Below, one piece after another: positions 57,601 to 64,000 of a stretch of DNA of 64,000 nucleotides (positions are counted from its first letter, which is position 1; every line of letters starts with the position of its first letter). The stretch is taken from assembly GCF_032444005.1 (NCBI RefSeq), contig NC_091283.1:626944001-627008000 (forward strand). Direction: 5' to 3'. The position numbers and the translations under genes were made by a program. Below the pieces are notes generated by a model, which had not been told where the DNA came from, made no database searches, and saw only the letters and a program-made list of their open reading frames with translations. Source of the stretch: Ranitomeya imitator (taxonomy: Eukaryota).

Positions 57601-60408
57601 AACATTTCTACCTTTGGAACCTTTGGAGCTCGAAACTTCAGGGTCTTCTAGTGTTAAACAACTCTGCAAAATGAAAGCTGCACTGTGACTAGTTGCTATG
57701 GGCGACAAAGAGCCAGGGGAGGATACATGGGGAGAATATACCTAAAACACATACAGAGCTGAAGAATGGAGTATTAGAAACCTTGTGGTCCCCAGGGACC
57801 ACTAGCAGATCCTATGAGCAGAGGGAGGAGTAGCTAATGTTATATGTGCATGGGCGAGAGCAAGGAGCCAGGAGAAGAAGCAGAGGGTTGTGGGAAATGT
57901 AAGGACCTCATGTTGCCCCAGAGAAGTACCCCTAAAAATGTAAAGGGAATCTGTCAGTAGGATCAACCCTCCTAAATCGTCTACATAAGTAGGCAGGTCC
58001 TAAAAAGTTTATTAAAATGATATCTTGATATTTACAATCTGATGTCTTATTCCTGAGAAATACACTTTTTTTTTGTAAATAATCTCTTAATATCTGTAGG
58101 GAGAACACTGATTTGCATGAGAATCTGCCCCAGAGCTTATTTTAAATGAAAGGGGGAGTTACCAGTGTGAGACATGTAGATCAAGAGAACAGGCTGTCAG
58201 TCATTATATGTCTCACACTGTTAACTCCCCCTTTCATATGTTCAGAATTCCTGTGTTAAAAATAATAGAAACAGGCTGTACTGAACCTCCCTCCATTGCG
58301 CCTCTGCCGCTGATCCGGTAATTGTTCACCGGATGCATCAATGACATCATGCCAACAGCGTGCCTGGGTTGTTGGTCCTGGAAAGAGTGAATATCAGTTG
58401 TATTTATTATTTGTAACATTAACACATTAATAGCATGCAGGATGATGACAGGGAAACCCCCATTAATCATTCAGTTGAAGAAATATTGATTTTTTTGGTA
58501 AATTTCCTGTTGAACTCATCATGTAAGGGAATCTATGACTATTCAAAAAAGAAAAGAGGGAGAGATAGGAGACCTGCCTAATGTTACATTTTAAAAATAT
58601 TTGTCTTGGATAATCATTTATGATAATCTTAACTATTGGAAGTGAATGCAGTAACTTTACTCAGTTAAAAAAAACTGTGCCAAAGCCCTTCTTAACAATG
58701 ACTGCCTATAAAAAAAATTAATTTACTACAATTGAATACCTTTGAGGCATTAAACTCCATAATAGACCTTAAAGTCTTTTAAAATGATCTGACGTTGAAC
58801 AGTTTCTCATAAAACCACAGAACTCTAGCACATACTGTCACATCAGAATTTAGGTGGGAGATCAGGTGAAAAGAAACCAATGTCATTAGATCCGTCCTTA
58901 GGGATCTGGCTATTTCTGGCTTTCCTCAGTTAGGAGGGAGAAGATCTCTTTTGCAATGTATCAGTAATGACCTTCAGTAATATCGCCACTAGAACCTCAC
59001 AATATATATTTGTAAATCTGCTCCTCTAATTTATCATTACCAGATGAAAAGATCCATTGTTTCCATATTTCAGTGTTACTGTTGTCTTGTTGCATATCAG
59101 CAGGATGACGACCTGGTGACGAGATTGCCTGGTCAGCTAGGTCCATTATATTTGTGTGACATTCTTTTCAGGAACCAGTTCCCATTGTTTCTGCCTCAGT
59201 CACTGGGAGGCACTGAGCCTTTGGTGACATGAAGTGACAACCTGTGGCCCTATGTGATTCTCTGGGACTTCTGGTGCAGTCCTGGCTATGAGCTGTCTTT
59301 GGTTTCTCGCTGTTAATCCTGAATGTTGTTGCTGGCTATTAAGCTCCAGAATTCCTGTTCACCATTGTCAGTTATAGTTCTCCTAGAGCTGGTCCACATG
59401 TGTTTGTCTTTGTCCTGCTAATATTTTTCCTTGGCCAATATTCTGACCATCCATGTGCCTCCTAGTTTTGATGTGGCTTTCTGACCACTCTTTGCCTGCC
59501 AGATGCTTGCGCTAGGGTACCACACACACTGCCCTATGACAATTTGCTGGTCTTTTAAACTAAACCAAAGTAGTTTATGTCAATGTAGTTTATGTCCTTC
59601 AGCATTCATCTCCAGGGCCAGACTGACACAGTAATGGGTCCCAAAACCTAAACTGAAGACAACACCATTTGGAGATGATGCTGTAGTCCATCACTTATCA
59701 ATAGGTTCTATTTCTATAAATTGATTCATGACTAGCATATTACACCTTATTAATTAAATATTGTATTTTACAATGATAAAACAAAGATTATTATGCTGTG
59801 CACATGTTCTGCATAGATGGAGAACATCCTCTCACAATCCTTTCGTTCTTGCATGTCCAAGTAACCTTAATGACACCTTTCACATGTCTGACTATGTTTT
59901 CCTATTTCTTTCAGATCAATTTCTTAATATTCATGCGGATTATCCAGATTCTGTTGTCCAAGATGAGAGCTCATCAGATGAGGTACACAGACTATAAACT
60001 CAGGTGAGAGACATGTGAGCTCAGCATCATGATAGCATTGCTAAGACACTAAGGGACGTTATGTTCACAATGGAAGGACTAGGTATTATGGGAAAACACC
60101 TATGTGTGTGATGTACAAATCCATGTTTCATACAGTGTCTCTCACCAGGTTGGCCAGGTCAACACTCACCCTGATCCCTTTGCTCGGAATACACGAGGTG
60201 GTATTTGCATTGATCACAGATGAAACTGCACATGGTACTCTGAGGCTGGTTAAACTCTTTTTCGACTTATTCTTTAGTTCCTTCCAGGTAGGTAGGTTCT
60301 GTAGATCTCTTTCAGTCTCCAGTTCCTAGCAGAACCTCACAACATTGCTCAATGTTTTCTCTGCAGGGTATGCTGGTGGCTGTGCTGTATTGCTTTGTCA
60401 ACAAGGAG
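15078..60408 (+). CDS. gcgr: Glucagon receptor, spliced CDS (12 coding exons, 1197 nt = 399 aa; C-terminal exon not in window)
   Basis: Exon lengths 54,97,108,122,107,154,154,61,70,89,139,42 join in frame with AG/GT ends. Six ECD cysteines and four N-glycosylation sequons (NMS, NRT, NTT, NVS). Motifs [62 protein letters not shown] match the glucagon receptor. Confidence 0.95.
16287..17887 (-). mobile_element. Full-length Tc1/mariner (DD34E) transposon with long TIRs (about 200 bp), ZB/Tc1-8-like
   Basis: TA|CAGTGGGGCAAAAAAGTATTTAGTCAG ... CTGACTAAATACTTTTTTGCCCCACTG|TA; 1601 bp. Confidence 0.95.
16503..17525 (-). pseudogene. Tc1 transposase, 340 codons with one in-frame TGA (17187-17189)
   Basis: MVKTKELS...[12 protein letters not shown]...WSDE...QHDND-34aa-NPIE...GYITKY; the two ORF-track pieces share one frame. 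Confidence 0.93.
17902..19312 (-). mobile_element. Tandem array of four non-autonomous Helitrons (17902-18209, 18210-18641, 18642-19030, 19031-19312)
   Basis: On the minus strand units start TC(TATATATAATTG) and end CTAG, with a CCCGAT-N8-ATCGGG hairpin 7 nt before CTAG; array lies in A|T with no TSD; (GACA)n inside. Confidence 0.85.
19342..20002. mobile_element. Degenerate Tc1 fragments
   Basis: CAGTGGGTACGGAGAGTATTCA start; TTTATTTTTTTGAGCAGTG end; both resemble Tc1 TIRs. Confidence 0.6.
20959..21138. mobile_element. Tc1-derived MITE
   Basis: CAGTTGTGCTCAAAAGTTTACATACCC ... GGGTATGTAAAATTTTGAGCACAACTG|TA. Confidence 0.8.
21319..22471. mobile_element. Solo LTR inserted in a hAT-like MITE (about 21140-22592)
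   Basis: TGGAGCACC ... GGGGCGCACA; flanks GAAC/GAAG; termini resemble the 38352 LTR. Confidence 0.65.
23738..23834 (+). CDS. gcgr: gcgr exon 3 ([32 protein letters not shown])
   Basis: ttcttcacag|GCC ... ACAG|gtgaac; 97 nt. Confidence 0.95.
23925..25472 (-). mobile_element. Full-length degenerate Tc1 transposon, 90 bp downstream of gcgr exon 3
   Basis: TA|CACCATGTTCCAAATTATTATGCAAAT ... ATTTGCATAATAATTTGGAACACAGTG|TA; broken transposase pieces ([15 protein letters not shown]) at 24411-24941. Confidence 0.9.
26259..26366 (+). CDS. gcgr: gcgr exon 4 ([36 protein letters not shown])
   Basis: ttcgttag|GA ... AAAG|gtaag; 108 nt as in human. Confidence 0.97.
26436..26557 (+). CDS. gcgr: gcgr exon 5 ([41 protein letters not shown])
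   Basis: ccctctcag|TG ... CAG|gtac; 122 nt as in human. Confidence 0.95.
27378..27647 (-). mobile_element. tRNA-derived SINE with an L2-like tail
   Basis: Minus strand GGGCAGCACGGTGGCTCAGTGGTTAGCAC (Pol III A box), core TGCGTGGGTTTCCTCC, (AAT)n tail. Confidence 0.85.
28190..28296 (+). CDS. gcgr: gcgr exon 6, TM1 ([36 protein letters not shown])
   Basis: aatttacag|GAA ... TTCAG|gtac; 107 nt. Confidence 0.96.
28634..29001. mobile_element. Harbinger-type MITE
   Basis: TAA|GGGTATGTGCACACGTC ... GACGTGTGCACATACCC|TCA. Confidence 0.85.
29140..32483 (-). mobile_element. Degenerate long-TIR Tc1 element hosting a CR1 insertion
   Basis: TA|CAATGGGTAAAAATAAGTATTTG ... TTATTTTCCCCACTG|TA; decayed transposase ([13 protein letters not shown]) related to the 16287 element. 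Confidence 0.85.
30231..32020 (+). mobile_element. CR1 LINE, 5'-truncated, uninterrupted RT ORF
   Basis: ORF to 31909: [38 protein letters not shown]; 3' tail (TACTATGT)n; endonuclease absent. Confidence 0.95.
32670..36220 (+). mobile_element. L2 LINE, near full ORF2 (APE + RT), frameshifted
   Basis: FWNARS...[31 protein letters not shown]-like, [10 protein letters not shown]; AT-rich (AAT)n tail at about 36190-36220. Confidence 0.9.
34301..34720. mobile_element. Harbinger-type MITE inside the L2 RT
   Basis: TAA|GGCTACTTTCACACT ... AGTGTGAAAGTAGCC|TAA; removing it restores the L2 frame [17 protein letters not shown]. Confidence 0.9.
36443..36596 (+). CDS. gcgr: gcgr exon 7, TM2/ECL1 ([51 protein letters not shown])
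   Basis: ctttcttgcag|T ... GAG|gtgag; 154 nt. Confidence 0.96.
38049..38202 (+). CDS. gcgr: gcgr exon 8, TM3/ICL2 ([51 protein letters not shown])
   Basis: attcccag|GCT ... TGGG|gtgagt; 154 nt; WLLVEG motif. Confidence 0.93.
38352..39600. mobile_element. Solo LTR (gypsy-like), 1249 bp
   Basis: TAGT|TGGAGCGCCCCCAGA ... TCTGGGGCGCTGCA|TAGT; 4-bp TSD. Confidence 0.88.
40008..40533. mobile_element. Older Harbinger-type MITE
   Basis: TAA|GGCTATGTTCCTACGAT ... ATCGTGGGAACTAAACC|TAA. Confidence 0.7.
41574..45902 (-). CDS. Gag-Pol polyprotein: Gag, CCHC knuckle, protease, RT, RNase H, integrase, chromodomain
   Basis: [14 protein letters not shown]; FVDSGA; VYLDD; VDASE/TDHKNL; H..GH..C..C, MDF/SDRG/GQTER; [17 protein letters not shown]. 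One uninterrupted 1442-codon frame; true start uncertain (possibly MDIQ). Confidence 0.95.
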   Translation of the reverse strand: MPAITVQGATPMIPNRGKKEILTSFFFLSSVFSLFFPLDIRVLQDTAVDMDIQALCSSMDNLVVNVQKIQDTIDQKSMLEPRIPIPDLFFGDRTKFLSFRNNCKLFLALKPHSSGNPIQQVLIIISFLRGDPQDWAFSLAPGDSALSNVDAFFQALGLLYDEPNSVDQAEKNLLALCQGQDDVEVYCQKFRKWSVLTLWNESALAALFRKGLSEALKDVMVGFPMPAGLNESMSLAIQIGRRLRERKSVHHLAVLSESKPEPMQCDRTMTKVERQEHRRLNRLCFYCGDSTHAISNCPKRTRRFDSSAVIGTVQSKFLLSITLMCSLSSYSVMAFVDSGAALNLMDLDYAKRCGFFLEPLRCPIPLRGIDATPLAKNKPQYWAQLTMCMAPAHQEVIRFLVLHNLHDVVVLGLPWLQTHNPVLDWNSMSVTSWGCQGVHGDVPFLSISSSIPSDIPEFLSDFQDVFEESKSDALPPHRNCDCAIDLIPGSKFPKGRLFNLSVPEHTAMRSYVKESLEKGHIRPSSSPLGAGFFFVAKKDGSLRPCIDYRLLNKITVKFQYPLPLISDLFARIKGASWFTKIDLRGAYNLVRIRQGDEWKTAFNTPEGHFEYLVMPFGLANAPSVFQSFMHDIFREYLDKFLIVYLDDILIFSDDWESHVKQVRMVFQVLRANSLFVKGSKCLFGVQKVSFLGFIFSPSTIEMDPVKVQAIQDWTQSTSLKSLQKFLGFANFYRRFICNFSSIARPLTDLTKKGADLVNWSSAAVEAFQELKHRFCCAPVLCQPDVSLPFQVEVDASEIGAGAVLSQRGSGCSVFKPCAFFSRKFSAAERNYDVGNRELLAMKWAFEEWRHWLEGAKHRVVVLTDHKNLTYLESAKRLNPRQARWSLFFARFDFVISYLPGSKNVKADALSRSFVPDSPGLSEPASILKEGVIVSAISPDLRRVLQKFQPNKPDRCPAEKLFVPDRWTSKVISELHCSVLAGHPGIFGTRELVARSFWWPSLSRDVRAFVQSCGICARAKPCCSRASGLLLPLPVPKRPWTHISMDFISDLPVSQKMSVIWVVCDRFSKMVHLVPLVKLPSSSDLVPLFFQHVVRLHGIPENIVSDRGSQFVSRFWRAFCGRMGIDLSFSSAFHPQTNGQTERTNQTLETYLRCFVSADQDDWVSFLPLAEFALNNRASSATLVSPFFCNSGFHPRFSSGQVESSDCPGVDSVVDRLQQIWTQVVDNLTLSQEKAQLFANRRRRVGPRLRVGDLVWLSSRHIPMKVSSPKFKPRFIGPYRISEILNPVSFRLTLPDSFSIHNVFHRSLLRRYVAPMVPSVEPPAPVLVEGELEYIVEKILDSRVSRRKLQYLVKWRGYAQEDNSWVFASDVHAPDLVRACHVAHPGRPGGSGEGSVTPPQGGGTVVNSVAEFTSVVTSGIAVSGLPPSGVLVSSLAALLFSST
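45877..45885 (-). promoter_or_regulatory. Non-tRNA primer-binding site (sense ACAAGGAGC)
   Basis: 2 nt from the 5' LTR, lacks TGG; exact complement of LTR sense GCTCCTTGT at 46493-46501. Confidence 0.75.
46526..46531 (-). promoter_or_regulatory. LTR TATA-like box (TATTTA)
   Basis: 30 nt upstream of the predicted transcript start at about 46501; a similar CTATTTAA occurs in the related solo LTR near 56947. Confidence 0.6.
46773..46929. other. Assembly gap (157 N)
   Basis: Run of N. Confidence 0.99.
46930..47110 (+). repeat. Interstitial telomere-like higher-order repeat
   Basis: 30-bp unit TTTGGATCCCTTTATCACCTTRATGGTGG x3, alternating with 9 and 5 hexamers of TTAGGG/CTAGGG. Confidence 0.95.
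47999..48450. mobile_element. Tc1 terminal fragment
   Basis: TA|CAGGTGCTTCTCACAAAATTAG; remnant ATGGGGAAGACT transposase start. Confidence 0.75.
48566..48626 (+). CDS. gcgr: gcgr exon 9, TM4 ([21 protein letters not shown])
   Basis: ttatacag|GT ... GTAAT|gtaagt; 61 nt. Confidence 0.95.
49500..50442. mobile_element. Solo LTR, 943 bp
   Basis: TGTTAGG ... CCTAACA; flanks CCGAA/CCGTA. Confidence 0.78.
50470..51905 (-). mobile_element. L2 LINE 3' portion, degenerate
   Basis: Minus-strand ORFs 51675-51911 ([14 protein letters not shown]), 51572-51766 and 50712-51377 ([17 protein letters not shown]). Confidence 0.88.
51905..52225. mobile_element. Tc1 terminal fragment
   Basis: Ends GTGTCCAAACTTTTGATCTGTACTG|TA. 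Confidence 0.6.
52765..54072. repeat. About 325-bp unit, two direct copies plus one partial inverted copy
   Basis: GCTAATTATGCAAATTG..CTAGTGCCACCTATTG..GATGAGGAGACTTAAAG at 52765 and 53644; reverse-complement copy at about 53950-54072. Confidence 0.85.
53063..53613. mobile_element. Harbinger-type MITE, AGGTACC family
   Basis: TTA|AGGTACCGTCACACTGAG ... CTCAGTGTGAAGGTACCT|TTA; the empty site GAGAC-TTA-AAGC is seen in the neighbouring repeat unit. Confidence 0.92.
54800..54869 (+). CDS. gcgr: gcgr exon 10, ECL2/TM5 ([23 protein letters not shown])
   Basis: gtatag|G ... CTG|gtaatt; 70 nt. Confidence 0.95.
55969..56603. mobile_element. Probable solo LTR
   Basis: TGTCCCGG ... CCCGTGACA; no clear TSD. 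Confidence 0.5.
56772..57653. mobile_element. Tiny TTAA-flanked MITE (about 81 bp of own sequence) split by a solo LTR
   Basis: TTAA|CACTAGAA ... TTCTAGTG|TTAA. Confidence 0.7.
56796..57590 (+). mobile_element. Solo LTR related to the 40947 chromovirus
   Basis: TGTTGTGAATTCTGT ... CATAACA (same termini as the intact element); GGGGTC on both flanks. Confidence 0.9.
59915..60003 (+). CDS. gcgr: gcgr exon 11, TM5/ICL3 ([30 protein letters not shown])
   Basis: ttctttcag|ATC ... CTCAG|gtgag; 89 nt. Confidence 0.96.
60149..60287 (+). CDS. gcgr: gcgr exon 12, TM6/ECL3/TM7 ([46 protein letters not shown])
   Basis: ctcaccag|G ... CAG|gtaggt; 139 nt. Confidence 0.97.
60367..60408 (+). CDS. gcgr: gcgr exon 13, TM7 ([14 protein letters not shown])
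   Basis: ctctgcag|GGT ... GAG|gtaag; the canonical 42-nt class B GPCR exon. Confidence 0.97.
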
Positions 60409-60846
60409 GTAAGAGAGGGTATTTTAGGATGGGTGGTGGGACAATTTAACTGAAATACAGACAGCAAACCTTCCGCAAATAACTCTGTTCAATGTTTTGC
60501 CAACAATTTTGTGCATTGTAATGTGTTTTTCAAAGAGGAATTGTCAATCAATAAGACAAGGCCTAAGTAAATATATGTAATCTCCATGACATAAAATGCA
60601 GCGTATGTCTATTGCCAGCTTAGTGGGCAACATACTGGAATTTAGATTTCTTCACAACTTCTAAGGGTGCATCAAAACAATCTCATGGCTAAAGGAAGCG
60701 ATCCTGTAAATAACATGAGATTAAAGCATAACTCCATTTGGAAAGCTTGTCTTGAAGATTAAAACTGATGGCAGGAGATGCCTTTAGAATGGTAAGCTAG
60801 ACCAAATGCTAAAAGAACCATCAGATACTGAAGGCTCTTCTGCTAA

Positions 60847-61292
60847 AGGTACTGTCACACTCAGCAACTTTGCAAAGCAAACGACAACAATCCGTGACGT
60901 TGCAGCATCCTGGATAGCGATCTTGTTGTGTTTGACACGCAGCAGTGATCTGGATCCCGCTGTGCCATCGCTGGTCGGAGCTAGAAGTCCAGAACTTTAT
61001 TTCGTCACCAGGTTGGCATGTATCGTCATGTTTCACATCAAAAGCAACGACGCCAACAATGAGCATAGGGCCCCTAGATGTGTGTCGGATCGGTACACTC
61101 CGGCTGTTTGACATGGAGCTAACAACCAGTGAGAACGAGATGTGAGTCGCCGTCACTGGATCGCTCCTGCATCATTCTGGAGTTGCTGTGTTTGACGTCT
61201 CTACAGCGACATAAACAGCGACGCTCCAGCGATCTAGTTTAGGTTGGCTCGTTGTCTATATCGCTGCAGCGTCGCTGAGTGTGACGGTACCT
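60847..61292. mobile_element. Harbinger-type MITE, AGGTACC family
   Basis: TAA|AGGTACTGTCACACTCAGC ... GCTGAGTGTGACGGTACCT|TTA. Confidence 0.85.
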
Positions 61293-62494
61293 TTAGGAAA
61301 ACGCTTATCAAAGCAGAGATAAAAGTTGCACCATACCATATAGATTACAGGAGTTGTCCTGGCTTGGGACAAATGCTGCAGTCACAAGGAGTAAGTGAAG
61401 ACTGCCGAATCCCAGAAGGTCCTGCAGACTTTTGTCCCAAGCCCAGACTGCCTCTTTAAAATCAAGTGAAAACCAAAACTTCATACATAAATTTCGTTAG
61501 CCCCTTGTCTTGAGCCAATGAAAATGAGCAGCGAAACAGCACAGTTTAAATGTAAAGGATTTAACTGTGCTCTCAGCATTATGGCCAACTGCCCAATAGG
61601 CACGGAGACCTGCCGATGATGTTAGAGTAGTGTCTGGAGACCCCCATACACATTAGGCGAGTTCTAACACATTTAATGTGTATCTTGACAATGATGTGTT
61701 CACTGGTGATTTTATCATTGTGACAAAGCAGTGAGTCCTTGAGTCCTTATGACATGAGGAAAATATTCTTTAACACAAATCTACATTTTCAACTCTCAGT
61801 AAAGTTTGTCTTTACAGATCTATTAATCTACTACTTGCAAAGCTAAACATTAGAGAGAAAACCCGAACAAAGTAAATAAAAATGTTATAAAATTAGAAAT
61901 CATTCTGGCACCTTGCAATTAATCTTCGTACACTAAGATTAGTACACTAGGCAAATATTTTCATTATCCTGAGAGTTACATATTACTAGGGCTCCTTCCT
62001 GAAGCTGGATGCCCAAGGACTTGGATGCACAGAGGATTCCAATGGGCATGCTCAACTGCATGCCCATACCCTACATATGCATGCCATATATGCATTTTCT
62101 TTAAATTCAGTGATACATTCGCTGTAATAACTGTCTATGGCCTCCACTTGTGGCTTGGACTCCTGCTTCCTGCTCAGGACATCTGCATCTTTATTTATAG
62201 AGAAGATATGTAAATCATTGTCTATCTATAAACACAATCTTGAGCCAAGCTTTAATGGAAGATTTGTACAGATGTGGGACTTGGACCGATCAGCCTCAAT
62301 AATGGAGCAAACATGCATAATAATGAGAGGAGATATGGGGGGAGAGCCCTGGCCTTATCAGTCATGTAAATCTGCACATATGGCCCCCAGGCCCAGTACT
62401 GTATGTGAAAATGGTTCTAAGTGATGGGTAGGTGATGTACGTCTACATAAAGATGCTGAGCTGATGTATTCCTTTATTTCAGAGATAATACCCC

Positions 62495-64000
62495 TTACCT
62501 CCTGTAACTCCCCCCCCCCCAGCCTGTTTTCACCTTCCTGACCAAGCCAATTTTTACAATTCCGACCACTGTCAATTTATCAGGTAATAACTCTTGAACG
62601 CTTCAACAGATCCCACTGATTTTGAGATTGTTTTCTCGTGACATATTGTACTTCATGATAGCGGTAACAGTTCTTCATTATGACTTGCTTTTATTTGTGA
62701 AAATATCGGAAATTTGGCGAAAATTTGGAAAATGTTGCAATTTTTAAACATCTTTTAAACGTTTAATTTTTATACCATTAAATCAGAGAGTCAAGTCACA
62801 CGAAAAAGTTAATAAATGACATTTCCCACACGTCTACTGTACATCAGCACAGTTTTTGAACAACATTTTTTTTTATTAGGAAGTTATAAGTGTTAAAAGT
62901 TGACCAGCGATTTCTCATTTTTACAACAAAATTTACAAACCCATTTTTTTTAGGGACCACCTCACATTTAACGTGACTTTGAGGGGTCTATATAGAAAAT
63001 ATCCAAAAGTGACATCATTCTAAAAATTGCACCACTCAAGGAGCTCAAAACCACATTCAAGAAGTGGAATGGAATGTGGAAGAAAAAAATATTTAACTTC
63101 TTTTCACAAAAATTTTACTTTAGACCCAAATTTTTTATTTTCACAAGAACAAGAGGAGAAAATGGATGCCAAAATTTGTTGTGCATATTCTCCTGAGTAT
63201 GCTGATACCTCCTATGTGGGGGAAACCACTATTTGAGCACACGGCTTGGGCTTGGAAGGGAAGGATCACCGTTTGACTTTTTGAAAGCAAAATTATCTGA
63301 AATTGAGAGCGGACTCCATGTCGTGTTTGGAGATCCCCTGATGTACCTAAACAGTGGAAACCCCCCCACAAGTGACCCCAATTTGGAAGCTTGTGCAATT
63401 TCTCCTGAGTACTCAGATACCCCATATGTGCTCAAAAACTGCTTTTGAGGCACATTGCAAAACTCAGAAGGGAAGTACTGTCATATTGGAGTTCAGATTT
63501 TGCTGGACTGGTTTGAGGGTGCCATGTCACATTGGTAGAGCAACTGAGGTGCCAGAACAGCAGAACCCCCCAAAAAAAGTGACCCCATTTTCCAAACTAC
63601 ACCTCTCAATGAATTCATCTACGGGTTCAGTGATCATATTGACACCACTGGTGTGTCACAGAATTTTATGCCATTGGGAAATGAAGAAAAAATATTTGCA
63701 GTTTAACCACCAAAATGTTGTTTTGGCCCCAGATTTTACATTTTCACACTGATAAATGGGTAAAAATAGCACCAAAATTTGTCCCACAATTTCTGCTGAA
63801 TGTGGAAATACCCCATATGTGGCTGTACAGTACTGCTTAGCCATAAAGCGAGACTCAGGAGGGGCAAAGCGCTATTTTCCTCCAGGAGATCAGATTTTGC
63901 TAGAATAGTTTGCAGACTCCATATACAGAGCCCCAAAGTGCTAGAAATGCAGACAAGTGACCCCATTTTGGAAATTATACCCTTTTGGGAATTTATCTAC
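62495..64000. mobile_element. Large non-autonomous repeat (superfamily uncertain), runs off the window
   Basis: Recurrent internal motifs (GACCCCATTTTGGAAA, ATACCCCATATGTG) and no coding potential. Confidence 0.55.

Noticed and set aside
15078-60408. GLP1R, GIPR or GCRP-receptor identity
   Set aside because: AQVMD..., the four sequons and exon sizes fit GCGR best; a phylogeny would be the formal test.
60409-64000. Final gcgr coding exon (VQ.E.. helix 8 and tail)
   Set aside because: No convincing acceptor plus matching peptide was found; presumed downstream of the window.

Overview
Vertebrate genomic DNA; the receptor sequence and TE families suggest an anuran amphibian (inferred). The window carries a + strand glucagon receptor gene (gcgr, class B1 GPCR). 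Twelve coding exons (15078-60408) have GT-AG boundaries and splice in frame to 399 codons, from the signal peptide to TM7. The last coding exon was not found in the window. Most introns are expanded by nested transposable elements. These include an intact, very young Tf1/Sushi-type chromovirus LTR retrotransposon (40947-46635) with a visible self-priming structure and a 6-bp TSD. It sits inside a Harbinger-like element that carries telomere-like higher-order repeats next to a 157-N gap. Also present: a near-intact DD34E Tc1 element, a four-copy Helitron array, two near-identical CR1 copies, degenerate L2s, several solo LTRs, a SINE, and many Harbinger/hAT/TTAA MITEs. No prokaryotic-type system or CRISPR array is present. 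All coordinates and comparisons were read by eye; no database search was run.
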